Assembly (NCBI GenBank): GCA_016748015.1
Contig: JAAOMT010000627.1
Coordinates: 62,001-126,000, forward strand
Source of the DNA: Geosiphon pyriformis uo1
Taxonomy: Eukaryota; Fungi; Glomeromycota
Reading direction: 5' to 3'
DNA: 64,000 nucleotides
The notes beneath the pieces were generated by a model. The model was not told where the DNA came from, did not search any database, and was given only the letters and a program-made list of their open reading frames with translations. Shown here piece after piece: positions 13,011-26,199 of this stretch (within the stretch, counting starts at the first letter, position 1; each line of letters opens with the position of its first letter). Position numbers and translations under genes: made by a program.

Positions 13011-14030
13011 TATTACCAAAGGTTTTTGGTTTCTTTTATTAATTATTGTTAATATTTATTTGCTGTTTTAATTTACATTTATTGAAAGCTATTGAATCTC
13101 CAATAACTGAATTTATTTTTAAATTATTTTTTATAATTTAAACCATCGGGCTTATAAATAGAATAGCCAATTTTGTGCCAGTTACTTGTATAGTTATTTT
13201 ACAGTAAAAATCAACTTTTTTTTAAAAATTACTTGTCTGAAAGCTCACTAAAATATGTAGTTACTTTGTTATAAAAGTTAATTTTTTTTCAGAAATTGCT
13301 TGTTTGAAAGCTTACTGAAATGTGTAATTATTTTGCTGTAAAAGTCAACTCTTCTATAAAAATTTTGTTTATAGATTATTTTAAAGATTATAGTAAGAAA
13401 AAAATAAAATATAAAAAAAATATAAAAAAAATTTGTTAAGAGAACTGTTTTTTGTTCAGACTTGGAGTTATTAACAGATTACTAAAATTGGTAGCTAATT
13501 GATTTTAAAATATTAGTAAAGAATCAGAAAATTTTAAATGTAAATAATTAAAAAATTTGAATTTTCAAAGTATTTAATGTTTTTATTACTTTTGTAAAGA
13601 TATGTAAAAAATAATTGATTCTAATTTTAATATATTTTTTCAAAGAGAAAAGTTTTTTTTTATATAACTTATTGTAATACTAGCTATAAATTTTAACTTT
13701 TTTTGTTATAATTTTAATAAATTAAAGATACATTTTAACAAACTATAAGTTATTTTTATGAACTATAAATAATTTTAGTAAATTATTAAATTATTTCACA
13801 AAATTCTATAAATTTCAGCAAATTTTTAAATATTATAGAGTTTGGTGTATTGTATAATTTAATTATTACAATTTGTGTATTATATAAATTAGATTATTAA
13901 TTAGATAATAATATTTGATAATTTGATTAAATAATACATAATAATTGTAATAATAATAATATGTTAATTAATAATATAAATTATAAGAATAATTTCATGT
14001 TAATTAATGACTAGAATTTTATTAGTAACA
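13011..14030 (-). repeat. 3' LTR of family-2 Gypsy
   Basis: TATTAC (ex-TGTTAC)...AGTAACA; direct repeat of 21840-22650; adjacent polypurine tract. Confidence 0.9.
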
Positions 14031-14049
14031 TAATTTTTTTCTTAAAACT

Positions 14050-14920
14050 AAGCTTTATTAAAGTACAAATACTATTCATAATTTTAAAATAATAATTTAA
14101 GATTATTAAGATGATTTGGTTTAAAAATTGTTAAAATTTCAGTTCTGTAAACTTGCTAATATATTGGATCTTCATTGGTTAAAGTATTGAATTTTGTAAG
14201 ATGTTTTCACATATATAAAATAAGTCATAAAGTTTAAAAGCTGCTCTAAGTTTGTATCAAGCATTTATTAGTCCAGTTGTTATCTTGAATTTGTTATGTA
14301 TTTGTTTTTGTATAGTTTCAGGAGTAAAATTGGTTGTTTTGAATTCCAGTTTTTCATTAATGTAGTGTTTTTCCAATTTGGAAATATCAATAACTAAAGA
14401 CATATTTGCTGTTTTTATTAAAACACATTTAAAGTTTTTGTTGTATTGTGACATTTGAGGAAATGTTAATAGGTGTGAATAATAAGTTTTTTTTCAAAGC
14501 TTGCTTTAAAAGTTTTGGTAATTGACTTTTAAAATAATTTTTTTTGTTTCTTTTATAAGAGTAATATTTCTGAGAATTATTTACTACTGAAACTGTAGTT
14601 TTTTTTTGGGTATAATTAATTTGACTTCTATTAATTGTTATAAATAAATCAGAAAGTGTTTTTAAAGCTAATATTAATTTTTGAAATATTTGTTAAATGT
14701 TTTGGGGAATAATTATTATAAAGTTGAATAAAAATAAAATAAATTTTTGTAAAAACGAAAAAATAAAGAAGAAATTAATTTTGGTATAGAAATTTTTATA
14801 TATTTTTAATTTGGATATTTTCTGGTAATTATTTTACTATTTTTGTTTAATGTTTTTGTATTATTTTAAAAAAAATACTAATAAAATAAATTAAATATTT
14901 AGATTTAGTTATTGTTTTAT
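14050..14920 (-). pseudogene. Putative accessory ORF between integrase and PPT
   Basis: Long stop-poor frames in very AT-rich DNA (14700-14433 and 14454-~14050); residual stops are all derivable from CAA/CGA. Confidence 0.55.
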
Positions 14921-14989
14921 TACAATTATTGGTTTTAAATTTCAAGGAATATCTTTAAAATTAATTAAAGGGAAATATATACTAATTTG

Positions 14990-17900
14990 TAAAATTAATA
15001 ATTTAGAATTGTTTCTGGAATAATAGCATTTTAATTAATCTTTATGTACAATTTTGGCTAGAATTTTGTTATTAAGTCTTAATTTATATAATTTATTGTC
15101 AAAAATCTTGTAAATATAAAATAGTCTGTTTTATTTATGTTCAAATTTTCTATTTTATTGTTTTTTAGTTTTAGTTCTGTATAAGAAAACTTTGTTTTCA
15201 ACTTTAAATTTGTTAATGACTGGTAATAATTTGTTGTCATGCCATTTTTTTTGTTTGGCTTAAGAATATTTAATATAAGTTATTACTATTTGACTTTTTT
15301 TTTTAATATACTAAGAAGAGTATAAGCTCTTTATTAGAATGTTTTTTGAAAGTTTTTTTTATTAATTGGTTGTATTAAATATGTTTTTACTGTAAAATTA
15401 ATTGGTAATATTGCTGTTTTTTATATGTAAAGTCAAATAGTATATGTTTTATAGTATTTTGTTTTAGTGTTCTATATGTTAATAACACTAATAAAATAAA
15501 AATATTCTATTTTTGCTTAAAATTAATTGAAACTTTGGCTAGTAATTTACATAATATCCAGTTAAAATGTTCTACTAATTTATTTGTTTGGGAGTAATAA
15601 GGTAATAATAAGGATCTTTTAATCTTGAATTGTTTATAAATTTCTTGTATTAAGTTGTTTACAAAGTGTATTCCTTAATTAAATAAGAGTTTAATTAGGT
15701 ATTCATATCTACAAATAAATTTTTTATAGATGAAATTTGCTACTAATTTTGTGTCTGTTTTTTGAATGACTTTAATTTTAGGCCATTTGATAAAATAATC
15801 TACTGCAACTTTAATATAACAGTTTTTTGGGTTGTGATGAGTAGTAATTCGACTAAATTAATACTAGTTCTATTAAAAGATTGTCCAACTTTGATTGGAT
15901 TTAAAAGTTCAATAAGACAAGTTTCTTTTTTTTTAACAACTATCACATAATTTTATATATATTTAAATATTTTAGTATATGTATGGCCAAAAATAATGTT
16001 TAAATATTCTTTAGATTGTACTATCTTTTCTTAAATATCCTAATAAAAAGTCTATATATATATTATATAATATTGTTTTTTTTATTTTATTGAATTAATT
16101 TGAGTAAATTTGTTGGGTTTTTGTGATTTTGAATAATAAATTTTATTGTAATAAATAAAGTATTGTTTTGTTTAGTTTTATAATTAGTGTTTTTCAACTG
16201 GACTAATTTTCTGATATGTTGAAAGTTTTCAAATAGTTTTTAATGTTGTTGTAATTTTTGGGATCTATTGTTTTGTTAAGTTGTTGAATTGTTGATATAA
16301 GTTCTAATTTTGTTTCATTCTAAAAAAACTATCAATATTTGTGTGTAATTTCTCTGATTTATAATACACAATATATTTGTAATCAGTTAAAAAATCAGTC
16401 TATCAGAATTGCTTTGCACTAAGTTTAAAGCTTTTTTTGTTAAGCTATTTGAAGTCAATATTATTAGTAATAATGTTAAATTGAAGTCCATTTCTGAGGT
16501 ATTGCTGAAAGTATTTGAGAGCTCAAATAATGACTGCTGTTTTTAATTCAATTGAGTTATATTTAAGTTCTGTTAACTTGAGTGTTCTACTAACATATAC
16601 AATTACTTACTTATTGTTATTGTTATCTAATTGTGATAAGATAACACCAAAAGCTGTGTATAAAACATCAATGACTAACTGGAATCATTTGCTAAAGTTA
16701 GAATAAACAAAAGTTGGAGCTATATTAAGTTTTTTTTTTAGGGTATTAAATACTTGTTATTAGATTTGTGTTTATTGGTATTTTACATCCTTGTTAATTA
16801 AATAATTAAGTAGTTTGGTAATTTCCGAAAATTTTTTAATAAATTTCTGGTAATAAAAGACTAATTTTATAAATTTTCTTAATTTTATGGTATTTTGGAG
16901 AACTTGAAAGTTCTTGACAGCAATAATTGTTTCTGAATTGAGTTAAACTCTATTTTTGTTAACAATATGTTCAAGAAAAATTAAATTTGTTTTTCTGAAA
17001 TAGCATTTTTCAATGTTTAATTTCAATTTTATTTTTCATAATTATTAAAAACTTTTTGTAAGTGAATTAAATAAGCTTCAAAACTTAGAAAGTACACATT
17101 AGTGTTATCGAAATAGACAATTACTGGTTGTCATAAAAGTTTTTTATAAACAACATCTATGAATTTTTAAAATATTGCTAATGTATTATAGAGTCTAAAA
17201 AGCATAATATTGAATTTATAGTTCTTTTTTTGTGTGGTGAAAGCTGTTTTGAAATGTTTCTTGAAATCTATTTCAACTTGCCAGTATTTGCTTTTCAAGT
17301 TTAAAGTAAAAAAAAAACTTGGCTTTTTTAAGAACATCTAGTATATTATTGATTCTTGATAATAAGTAGATATTTTTAATTGTTACACTATTGAATTAAC
17401 AATAATTTACACAAAATCTAATTTTTCTATTTTTTTTTAATTAGGATTACTGATAAGATCCAAAAACTTCTTAATAATTGAATGAAATTATTGTTAAGCA
17501 TCTGTTGTATTTTTTCTCTGATAAATTGGTGGCTGGCAAATAAGAGCCAATAGACTTGTTAACATTTTAATAGAGCATTTTTTGTATGAATTTAATGCTG
17601 TACAATATTAGTTTTGCTGAAATTATTGTTGTTTTTGGCAAATATATTGGCATATTTGGCAATTAACTGTTTTAATTGTCTTTGTTGTTGGAGTTTTAAG
17701 AGATCCATATTAATTTAAAAAAGTTTTTTCTTAATAAGATGATAGTTTTTAATAGTAAACAGAATATTTGGGTTTAGAAAAAAGATGTGTTTCACAATTT
17801 TAATAAAATTAAAACCAATTTAAAAAGTTTTATTTTGAAAAATATTGCTATATATTATTCTAATTTCTAATTTATTTAATAAAATAATAAGATAGAATTG

Positions 17901-20900
17901 TAAAAAATAACTCGAAATTTCTTCATTTTTTTTGGAATATAAACATTTAAAATTGAAATTTTATGTTTCTGACAAATTTGTTTATTGGATTTAAAGATTT
18001 GTTGGATGGTAATGGGTTTTAAACAAGTGTAAATTTTGTATTATTCTCTAAAAAATGATATAATAATTGGTTGGAGAAGTCAAAGAATCTGGTAAAATTT
18101 ATTTTGTGCATTAAAAATTATATTTACTAGAACTTTAAATTATTCTGTTAAACCAAAATCTTGAGTTTTTCTATTATTTTTGCTTAATTTTTCTTTTTAA
18201 TTAACTAATTGCAAATCCTAAATATTGATTAAAAATAGATAAATTGTTTAAGTAATCTTTTTAGCATGCTCAATTTTAAATAATTTATCAGTTTTGTTTT
18301 ATAGTATGATGATAATATCTTTAGTGTATTTTGCATCTATAATTTTTTTTTGATGTTAATTTCTTTATTTGCCAATAATAATTAAGAAGCAATTTTAATT
18401 ATTGCTCCTAGTAAAATTTCAAAAGCAATTTTGAAATTGATTTTTGTTAAAAACTTTGATTAAAGGACCAAAATATCTTTTCTTGGTATTATAGATGAAT
18501 ATTTAGAGTATTAAAACAAATAATAAACTCATAACTTGGTGCTCAATAGCTGAAAATGTTGGTAATTTTTGAAAGTTTTGGAGTCTAAAAGTTTTGGTTA
18601 AATCTTTTGTATAATAAACAAAAATTTAATTGCTGGTTTTTTTTGTAAAATTTTTTTTTAGCATAATGGCTGATTTACTTTGGCAGTTATTTTTTTTGGT
18701 AAGTTATCTTTAAGTTTTCTATTCTTGTTTCTGGGTCTTTTATTAGACTATTCTTAACATTAATTAATTAGTAAATAACAAAGAAACTAAATATAAAAAA
18801 ATATAAAAAATATAAAATAATAAAATAAAAAATTAGTGTTTTATCAATAACTGTAATCAAGAGCTATTGGTTTAGTATAGTTAAATATTGGATTTTATTA
18901 ATATAGAGTGTTGATAATATAAAATAGATTAATATTTCTTTAATTAAGTAATAATAACATAGATTTAAATGATAATAGATGTTTTATTAATATAAATATA
19001 ACTTCACTTCAAGTTATAGAAAACTATCTTTTAAAAAGAAAAGTATTGTTGTTTTGAACTGAATTGTTTGTCTTTTTTGCTTTTAATACTCTTGCTATAT
19101 ATACATAATTCATATTATAAAAAAATTTTTAAAATTCTTTAATTTTTTTGAAAAAAATTCTGGAATTTTGGAATTCTGCAATTTTTTAAGAGAAATTCTG
19201 AAATTTTTCTTTTATTATACCTATTTTTAATTGGCTATTTTATCTACTTATTATAATTTCTAATTTTTATAAATAATATTGAATATTATAGATCATATTT
19301 TATATCAATTTTATAAGCTTTTTCTAATTTGATTTCTTAACTATTATTGTTAAAATATTTAAGTTGTATAACAGACTGATTTTTGGTTAGATAAATAGAT
19401 GTAGTTGCAATTTTTTTTTGGTTCAAGTTCTCCAAATTTGATTTCATGCTTATTATTATTATTGGGCAAGAAAATACTAATTGTATAGTATTTAAAACAT
19501 TATTGATTATCATAAGACATAATATATTCTTTATATAATTGAATATTCATTTGCTTTAATTATTGAATTTAAGCTTCTTTGGTTGAATAGACATGTAATC
19601 TGATAATAGATTTCTATTTTGTTTTTATAATCAAATCCAGCTAATTTTATAATGTTCTTGATATATTTAGCTTTTTTCATTTGGCAAACATTTTTTTGAG
19701 TTCTTTTGTTAATTAAAACTATGATTAGTTCATATATTATTTTAACATTATATAAATAATAGTAAAATTTATTAAGAGTGCTGTTATAAGTAGTATTAAA
19801 TAAGATTTCTCTTTTTATTTTTTTTACAATTAATAGAATGTATTAGCAAGTTTGGTTATATATTTTTCTTCTTATTGCAACATCAATCCAGTTGTATTTT
19901 TTTAATAGTAATTCTTTACAAGTAAGACATAGAGTGTTGTCTTATTTTTTATTTTATTTAAGATATTCAAATCATTTTTAGTAATAGGTTTTATAATAAT
20001 AGCAAATACACATCTCATATTCTTCTTTTGGTAATATGCAAGCTCTCATTAATGAAAGTTTTTTGCTGTAATTTTTATATTTAAGTAGAATATATGATGG
20101 CTGTTTTCATGGTTTTAGTTTTAGAATAGTGGGCAATATTTCATTTTCTGGTCTTTTTGAAAATTTTTTGTTCTGTTTTTTTGGTCCAATTAAATGTTAA
20201 TCCAAAAGCCAATTGTTTTTGATAAAAGCTTAGTATTAAAATGTATTTATAATTAGAATTTTAATTAAAAAGTGATTTTATTAATTGTAAATAAGAATTT
20301 ATTAATTTTTTTTATTGGAGTTTTTTTTATATTATCTGTTATAACAATATTTGTTTGGACAGATCTGTCAAAATTTTGTTGTAGCTATTGTATTAATTGG
20401 TAGATAATAATACTTCTGGTGAATTTATTGTCTAAGATTAGTTAAATTGGTTTTCTTTTAATTTTGGCTTCTATATATATAGTTGTAATTGCTTTCTGTT
20501 TTTTTATAGTTGTATTATTAAATAAAGATAACAATTTATTGGTTTCAAATTTAAATGAAAAAATATTAAATAAATTGGCATTTTGGACAATCTTGGCTGA
20601 TAAAATAGTATTATTGAAAGAGTTTTGTTTTGTTGCTGTGGTTTTATCTTCAAAAAATGCAGTTTGCTGAAAATTCGATTCTTTTAATATTATAAGATAA
20701 CTGAGTTAAGTGTAATAATGTGTGAGTTTTTGTTAAATTTGATTTTAAAGAACTAATTAGTTATTGAAATTAAATTTATTGTTATTTGTTGCAAATTGGT
20801 TTTAAGATACAAATTGGTTTTGTTGAACCAGTTTTTAAACAGATATTTAATATTGCTGAATTAAGAATTGTGAATATTGTTGTTGAATAGATTGTGAAAC

Positions 20901-21800
20901 AGATTAATAGAAATTGTTTTGATATTAAAATCTTAGTAAATAATAAGTTAGTAGCAAAAATTAATAGTAAAATTGCTAGAGTTAAGAATAATATTGATTA
21001 TTTTTAATTGTTAGTTTCTTTGCATTTTTTTGCAATCTTGTTTTTAGTATTCTAGAATTTCATAATAGTGACAGCTTTAAAATTTGTTGTTTAATAATAA
21101 TGGGTTATTTTGATTGTATTTTTAGAGTGGCTAATATTTTTGTTGTTATCAAAGTAGTTGCTTTGGTTTTTTGTTAAAAAATCAAAAAAGTTAATACTAA
21201 TAAAGATTGATTTAAGCTATTGTGTTGGGCTTTTTGGTAATATAAAATTTTTTGGTCTTGAGAAATAATTGAATAGTAAATTTGGTGTTTGAGTTTGAGC
21301 AAAAAAAGCTGGAAAAAATGTAATTAAAAGTGGTAATTTTAAACTAGTTTTTTGTTTAGATATTTGTAAATATTGAAAAGTTGTCTTTAATGTATTAGGT
21401 GTTGTTTGAACTGATTGGGTGTTTTTTTTGTCTTTTTTACTTGTTTCAAGTTTTGATTTGAATTCAAAAATAAATTGTGAGTTGGCAAAATACTTTTTTT
21501 TGCAAAACTGAATAATGTTGTAATCTAGTTTTATGAAATAAGTAGCACAATTTTCAAGATTAATATTTTTTATATCTCTGTTTAAGTAGTAAATAAGATT
21601 TTTGAAAAGGTTTTGCTTGACTTTTGTAATGTTGTAGTTTTTAAAAAGATAATTGTTAATTCAGTTTTCAATATACTAAAAAAGTGTTTTTTTAAAAGTT
21701 ATAATTCCATCTAGAATTTCAAATTATTGTTTGCAATGAGTATAAATTAATTGATAGTATTCTAGAGTTGTTATGTTTGATGCAGTTGCTAATTTGAAGA
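14990..21800 (-). pseudogene. Degraded gag-pol of family-2 Gypsy (PR ~20150-20495, Cys-rich domain ~19830-20030, dUTPase ~18145-19330 split by solo LTR, RT ~16750-17650, RNase H ~16400-16700, IN ~15000-16000)
   Basis: LILDN (ex-LILDSG); TLNLKSKYWQV..KTAFTT..VYFDN (YxDD at 17104-17115); YTAFGVILSQ; ex-PYHPQTNGLVERFN; ex-GPF integrase motif. Confidence 0.9.
18487..19278 (-). mobile_element. Solo LTR, family 1, inserted in the dUTPase coding region of the family-2 Gypsy
   Basis: Colinear with 9852-10652; mutated termini TATTATA...AATAATA; TSD TTGG/TTGA. Confidence 0.9.
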
Positions 21801-21839
21801 AGTTGTTATTGCTGTGTTAATCCATAAAAAAACATCAAA

Positions 21840-22650
21840 TATTATTAGAGATTTTTGGTCTTTTTTATTAATTGCTATTAATATTTGTTTGCTATTTTAA
21901 TTTATGTTTATTAAAAACTATTGAATCTTCAATAACTGAATTTATTTTTAAATTATTTCCTATAATTTAAACTGCTAGACTTATAAATAAAATGGTTAAT
22001 TTTGTGTTAGTTACTTTATATAGTTATGTTATAGTAAATATCAACTCTTTTTTAGAAATTACTTGTTTAGAAGCTTATTAAAAATGTATAATTATTTTGC
22101 TGTAAAAGTTAATTCTTTTACAAAAATTTTGTCTGTAGGCTATCCTAATAATTATAATAAAAAATATAAAAAAAAATAACAGAAATATAAAGAAACAGAA
22201 TTTTGTTAAAAGAATTATTTTCTATTTAGATTTGGAATTATTAACATATTATTAAAATTGTTAACTAATCAATATTAAAATGTTAATTGAATTTTGAAAA
22301 TATCAAGTGTAATTATTTCAAGAATTGATTTTTTAAAGTATGTTTTTTATTTTTGGATTGTACTAATTAGGATAAATCTAAAGTAGATAATTTTGAATAA
22401 AATAAGATATATTTTCTTAAAAAAAGAAGTTTTTTTTTATATAATTTGTTGTAATACTAGTCTATGAACTTGAACTTTTTTTTTTGTAATAATTTTGATA
22501 AACTAAAGATATATTTTGACAAATTAAAAATATATTTTGACAAATTACAAGTTAATAAATAATAATTAAAATAATATGATATATGCTAATTAATAATAAA
22601 AATTATAAAAGTAATTTCATAATAATTAATAGTTAAAATTCTACTAGTAA
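21840..22650 (-). repeat. 5' LTR of family-2 Gypsy
   Basis: Direct repeat of 13011-14030; followed on the minus strand by TT + TGATGTTTTTT (ex-TGGTGCTTCTT PBS); the outer terminal dinucleotide and TSD appear deleted. Confidence 0.88.
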
Positions 22651-22680
22651 TTAGACTGCACTCATTAAATAAATAAATAT
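22651..22680 (+). mobile_element. Displaced 3' terminus of LINE B
   Basis: TTAGACTGCACTCATTAAATAAATAAAT matches the family end TTGGGTTGTACTCATTAAAT at 57689-57708. Confidence 0.85.
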
Positions 22681-23594
22681 ATTATTATTTAAGTTAAAAA
22701 ACCAAATAAAATAATATTAATAAATTAAATATTATTATTATTATTATTTTATAATTAAAACCTATTTATTATTTAATATAATATAATAATTATGTACTTT
22801 AAACTAAATACAAATTACATATTTTTAATAATTTAACTAATTGTATATTAGTATAATAAATAATATAATAAAAATATTTTAAAAATATTAATAATAACTA
22901 AATATATTATAATATTATAAAAAATTTTGTATTATTAAAAAAAAATATATATATAAGTAGTTTTAACTAATAAAAAAATAATTAATTTTAAAAAAATTAT
23001 CTTAAATTTTGTAATTATTTTTTTTATATTTTAATAAAAAATTTATTTTAAAAAAACTTTTTATATATATAAACAACTAAAATACTATTATTTTTAACTA
23101 TTTTATTTATTTATTTAATAGTATTATTTGTATTTAACTTAATTTTTGAAGTTTAAAATGCCTATAAAATTATTATTTAAGTAAATATTTTTATCTTTAT
23201 TTTTTTAATTATATATTTTGTTTTAAGCTTAATTTTTTTATACAATCTATTCAATTTATTTTTAAAAATAACTTATTAAATAAAAACAAAATAACAACTT
23301 TTTTTTAAATTTTAAAACATTTTTTATTTAATTTAATATATAAAGCAAAAAAACTACTAATTAATTTTATTATTAAAAACCAATAAAACCAATTTAATTA
23401 TTTTAAATCTAAAAAAATCAATTAAAAACTAATTAAAGAATTAACAATATTAATAACAACAAAAATAACCAAAAATACAACAATAAAAAAGTTTTAATAT
23501 AAAATTTAATATTAATAAAACAAAATTTTAAAATTTTAAAACTAATTACAAATTAAAAAATAAATAAAAATAATTTATATTTAAAAATCAAATA
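22681..23594. other. Extremely AT-rich sequence, probably a terminally mutated repeat
   Basis: Almost no G or C; no recognisable homology by eye. Confidence 0.5.
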
Positions 23595-24985
23595 TCCTTA
23601 AAAAGTGCTGGTTTGGCTAAGATAACAAATAGTGCAGCTATCTATTTTTAGCTATGAACACGGGTATTAGAATTAGGGTATATGGACTTTTGTCTTCTAC
23701 TTTAACTGAATTACAAGTTATTGCTTTGGTCTTAGAATACATTCTATTTTTTTGTTCTGTGATTCTGTATTTGGACAGCCAATCTGTGATTGATACTTGT
23801 GTATTAGAGACTTTAATTGCTGTGTCTGATTTCCACAATTAATGCTGGATTAAAAGATTGTATATTGTCAATTTCATTAAAAATAAAGACATTTTGGTTA
23901 AATGAGTGAAGATTAAAGGACATTCAAAGATTTTAGGCAATGTTAGGGCTAATAAGTTGGTAGAAAAAACTGCTTTTTCTTCACTTTTTTTACCAGTTGG
24001 AATTTAAAAATAATTTTTGGTTGTTAAAAATACTGCTATGTCAGATAATACTTGTCATTTTGTTTGTAATTTATATCAGTTAATTTGTTATGCTTATTGG
24101 AAGACTGGTCTTGGTTATGATATTGTTTTGGGTGTCATGATTAAAAAAATAGATTGGACTGTTACTCTAAAGATTTAACATCCTGATTCTCACATGTTCT
24201 CTGGATTTACTAGTAGGAGTTTAGCCAATAGCACACTTATTTGATGAAAGCAATACATAGACAGTTGCCTATAGTAGTCAGAAAAAGGTTATATAACAAG
24301 AACTATCCTGAAGTATTGTGCTTGCTGTATGGTAAAGTGGAGTTGTCTGACTATGTTTTTGCTTGTTCTGGTGATGCTAGACTTCATGAAGACATTTTGG
24401 CTAAAGCTACTAAAAGATAAGTATTATTAATAGGTCTTTTTTGCTCACTTATATTGGCTGTTTTGCATTTACTTTTAATGTGTTCTTTGGACATGGGTCT
24501 GTACACTACTATATACAAAAGTTTTGTGTTAAAGAATTGGTGTGCTGAGACTACTTTGGTTTTTGAGAAAAAAGAAAAGACTGCTTTGGCTCTTGTTGAA
24601 TATGTTAGATTTGTGGTTGAATTATTTTGCACTAAAATATGGCTTATTAGGTTTAAGCATAGAATGGATATAGAGAAGACTGGTTTGGTCAAGGATGGTG
24701 GCATGGTCTCAGGCTTGCTTCATTGTTTGGTATCTATGTTATTAGATGAAATAGTTTGTATGCTTGGTGTTTTGGAATCTTTTGCTGTCAATTTTGGTAA
24801 ACACAGAATGTGTTATTTCTTTTCTGGTTTGGGTGATAATGCTTTTGTTAGCATAAATGCATAGTGTTGCTTTGTCTGGCCTAAGTGGTTGGCCACATGT
24901 AGTAAATGTGTAAGCTACATTTAGTGTGTTCTACTTAGTTTGGTTTTATGTACTAGATAACAGTTGGGCTTTACTTGTTAATTGC
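23595..24985 (+). mobile_element. LINE copy C, 5'-truncated (RNase H to 3'UTR, type beta); tail continues at 25779-25800
   Basis: SSTLTELQVIAL, VKIKGHS..LGNVRA, CCHC remnant, stop at 24864, family 3'UTR. Confidence 0.9.
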
Positions 24986-25778
24986 TGTTATGGAAGTGTT
25001 TTCTTGTATATTTTAATTGTTGCTATCCTATTTTAATTGCAATCAGTCTCTCATGAGTTTCTCAATTTTATGTATTGGATATTAATGATAATGTACTGAA
25101 GGTTTTTTCTTAATGTTGTGATGTAAGTTTTCTCTTTAATTCTAGTTGTTTTTGTATGTTGTGTACTCTTTTCCAAAGGCTAATCTGAAATCTATCTACT
25201 GTTTAGGGTCTTCTCTAAGGCTATTCTTGCAATTGCCTGATGTGTTTCTCTAATCTAGAAACATGGAATGTTAATGGCCTTTTTGTGATTTCTCTAAGTA
25301 TATAATAAAGCTTTTTCAATTTAATTAATAATTATGTGAATAATCTTGATCAGGGATTATTCTTCCAAAAGATTCAAAGATGGAATAATAGTTTCATTCA
25401 CTAGAGAGAGTATGTAAATTTTATTGTTAATTTCGTAATTGTGATATTTATTTAATTTATTATTTTTATTAATTCTTTTTTTGAATAAAATTTTATTTAG
25501 ATATTTGTTGCTCTGAGTTGAAGCTGTTCTTTTTTTATCATTAAAAACTATTGTATATATATATAATTATTGTTTTACAAAATAACATTTTGTAATACTT
25601 TATTTTCGTTATTTCTAAATAGTGCTTGCTGCTATTGTAAAATAGTGCTTGCTGCTTTTGCACAATAGTACTTGCTGTTATTTGTAAATTATTTCTTTTT
25701 ATAAATTGTTGCTGTGCTATTTCATGATTGGCTAATTTATATTATTTATAATTTCTATTAAATTTTTGAACTGTAACA
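24986..25778 (-). mobile_element. Solo LTR, family 3
   Basis: TGTTA...GTAACA termini; perfect TSD TTGC (24982-24985 / 25779-25782); second copy at 40307-41103; internal 3x ~23-bp tandem repeat at 25618-25688. Strand inferred from similarity to family 1. Confidence 0.9.
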
Positions 25779-26199
25779 TTGCTTAATAATAATAATAATA
25801 AAATTAAGCAATTAAAATTTTAATACTTAAAATAATATTAATATTTAAAGATTTTTTATTAAATATAACATTTTTTTAAAATATTAATATTATAAATAAA
25901 ACAATTTTACAACAAACTTGTATTAAAATTTATAATTTATTAAAGTTATTGTCAATTTTTTTTGATAATATAAAGAATTATCTAATTTTAATATGAAGAT
26001 TAGTATATTAGTTTTGATTAGTATTAATTTTAATTTTTGTTAAATTTTTGTTTAATAAATTACTATTATTTTTCTTATTTAAGAATTTTTCCTAATTTTT
26101 TAGCAGATATTAGATAATTTTTTCTGGTAAATATTTTTATTATTAGATTTGGTATATAATATAATGTTTTTGTTAAAATTACTATTGATAATTACTACT

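Larger units (their letters stand above)
13011..22650 (-). mobile_element. Ty3/Gypsy LTR retrotransposon (family 2), full length but degraded, inserted in the LINE B 3'UTR
   Basis: Paired LTRs 13011-14030 and 21840-22650; PBS-like 21827-21837; purine tract ~14035-14044; domain order gag-PR-dUTPase-RT-RNaseH-IN on the minus strand. Confidence 0.93.

Noticed and set aside
25618-25688. Three ~23-bp repeats resembling a CRISPR array
   Set aside because: They are contiguous with no spacers, lie inside a solo LTR in a eukaryotic context, and no cas genes are present.
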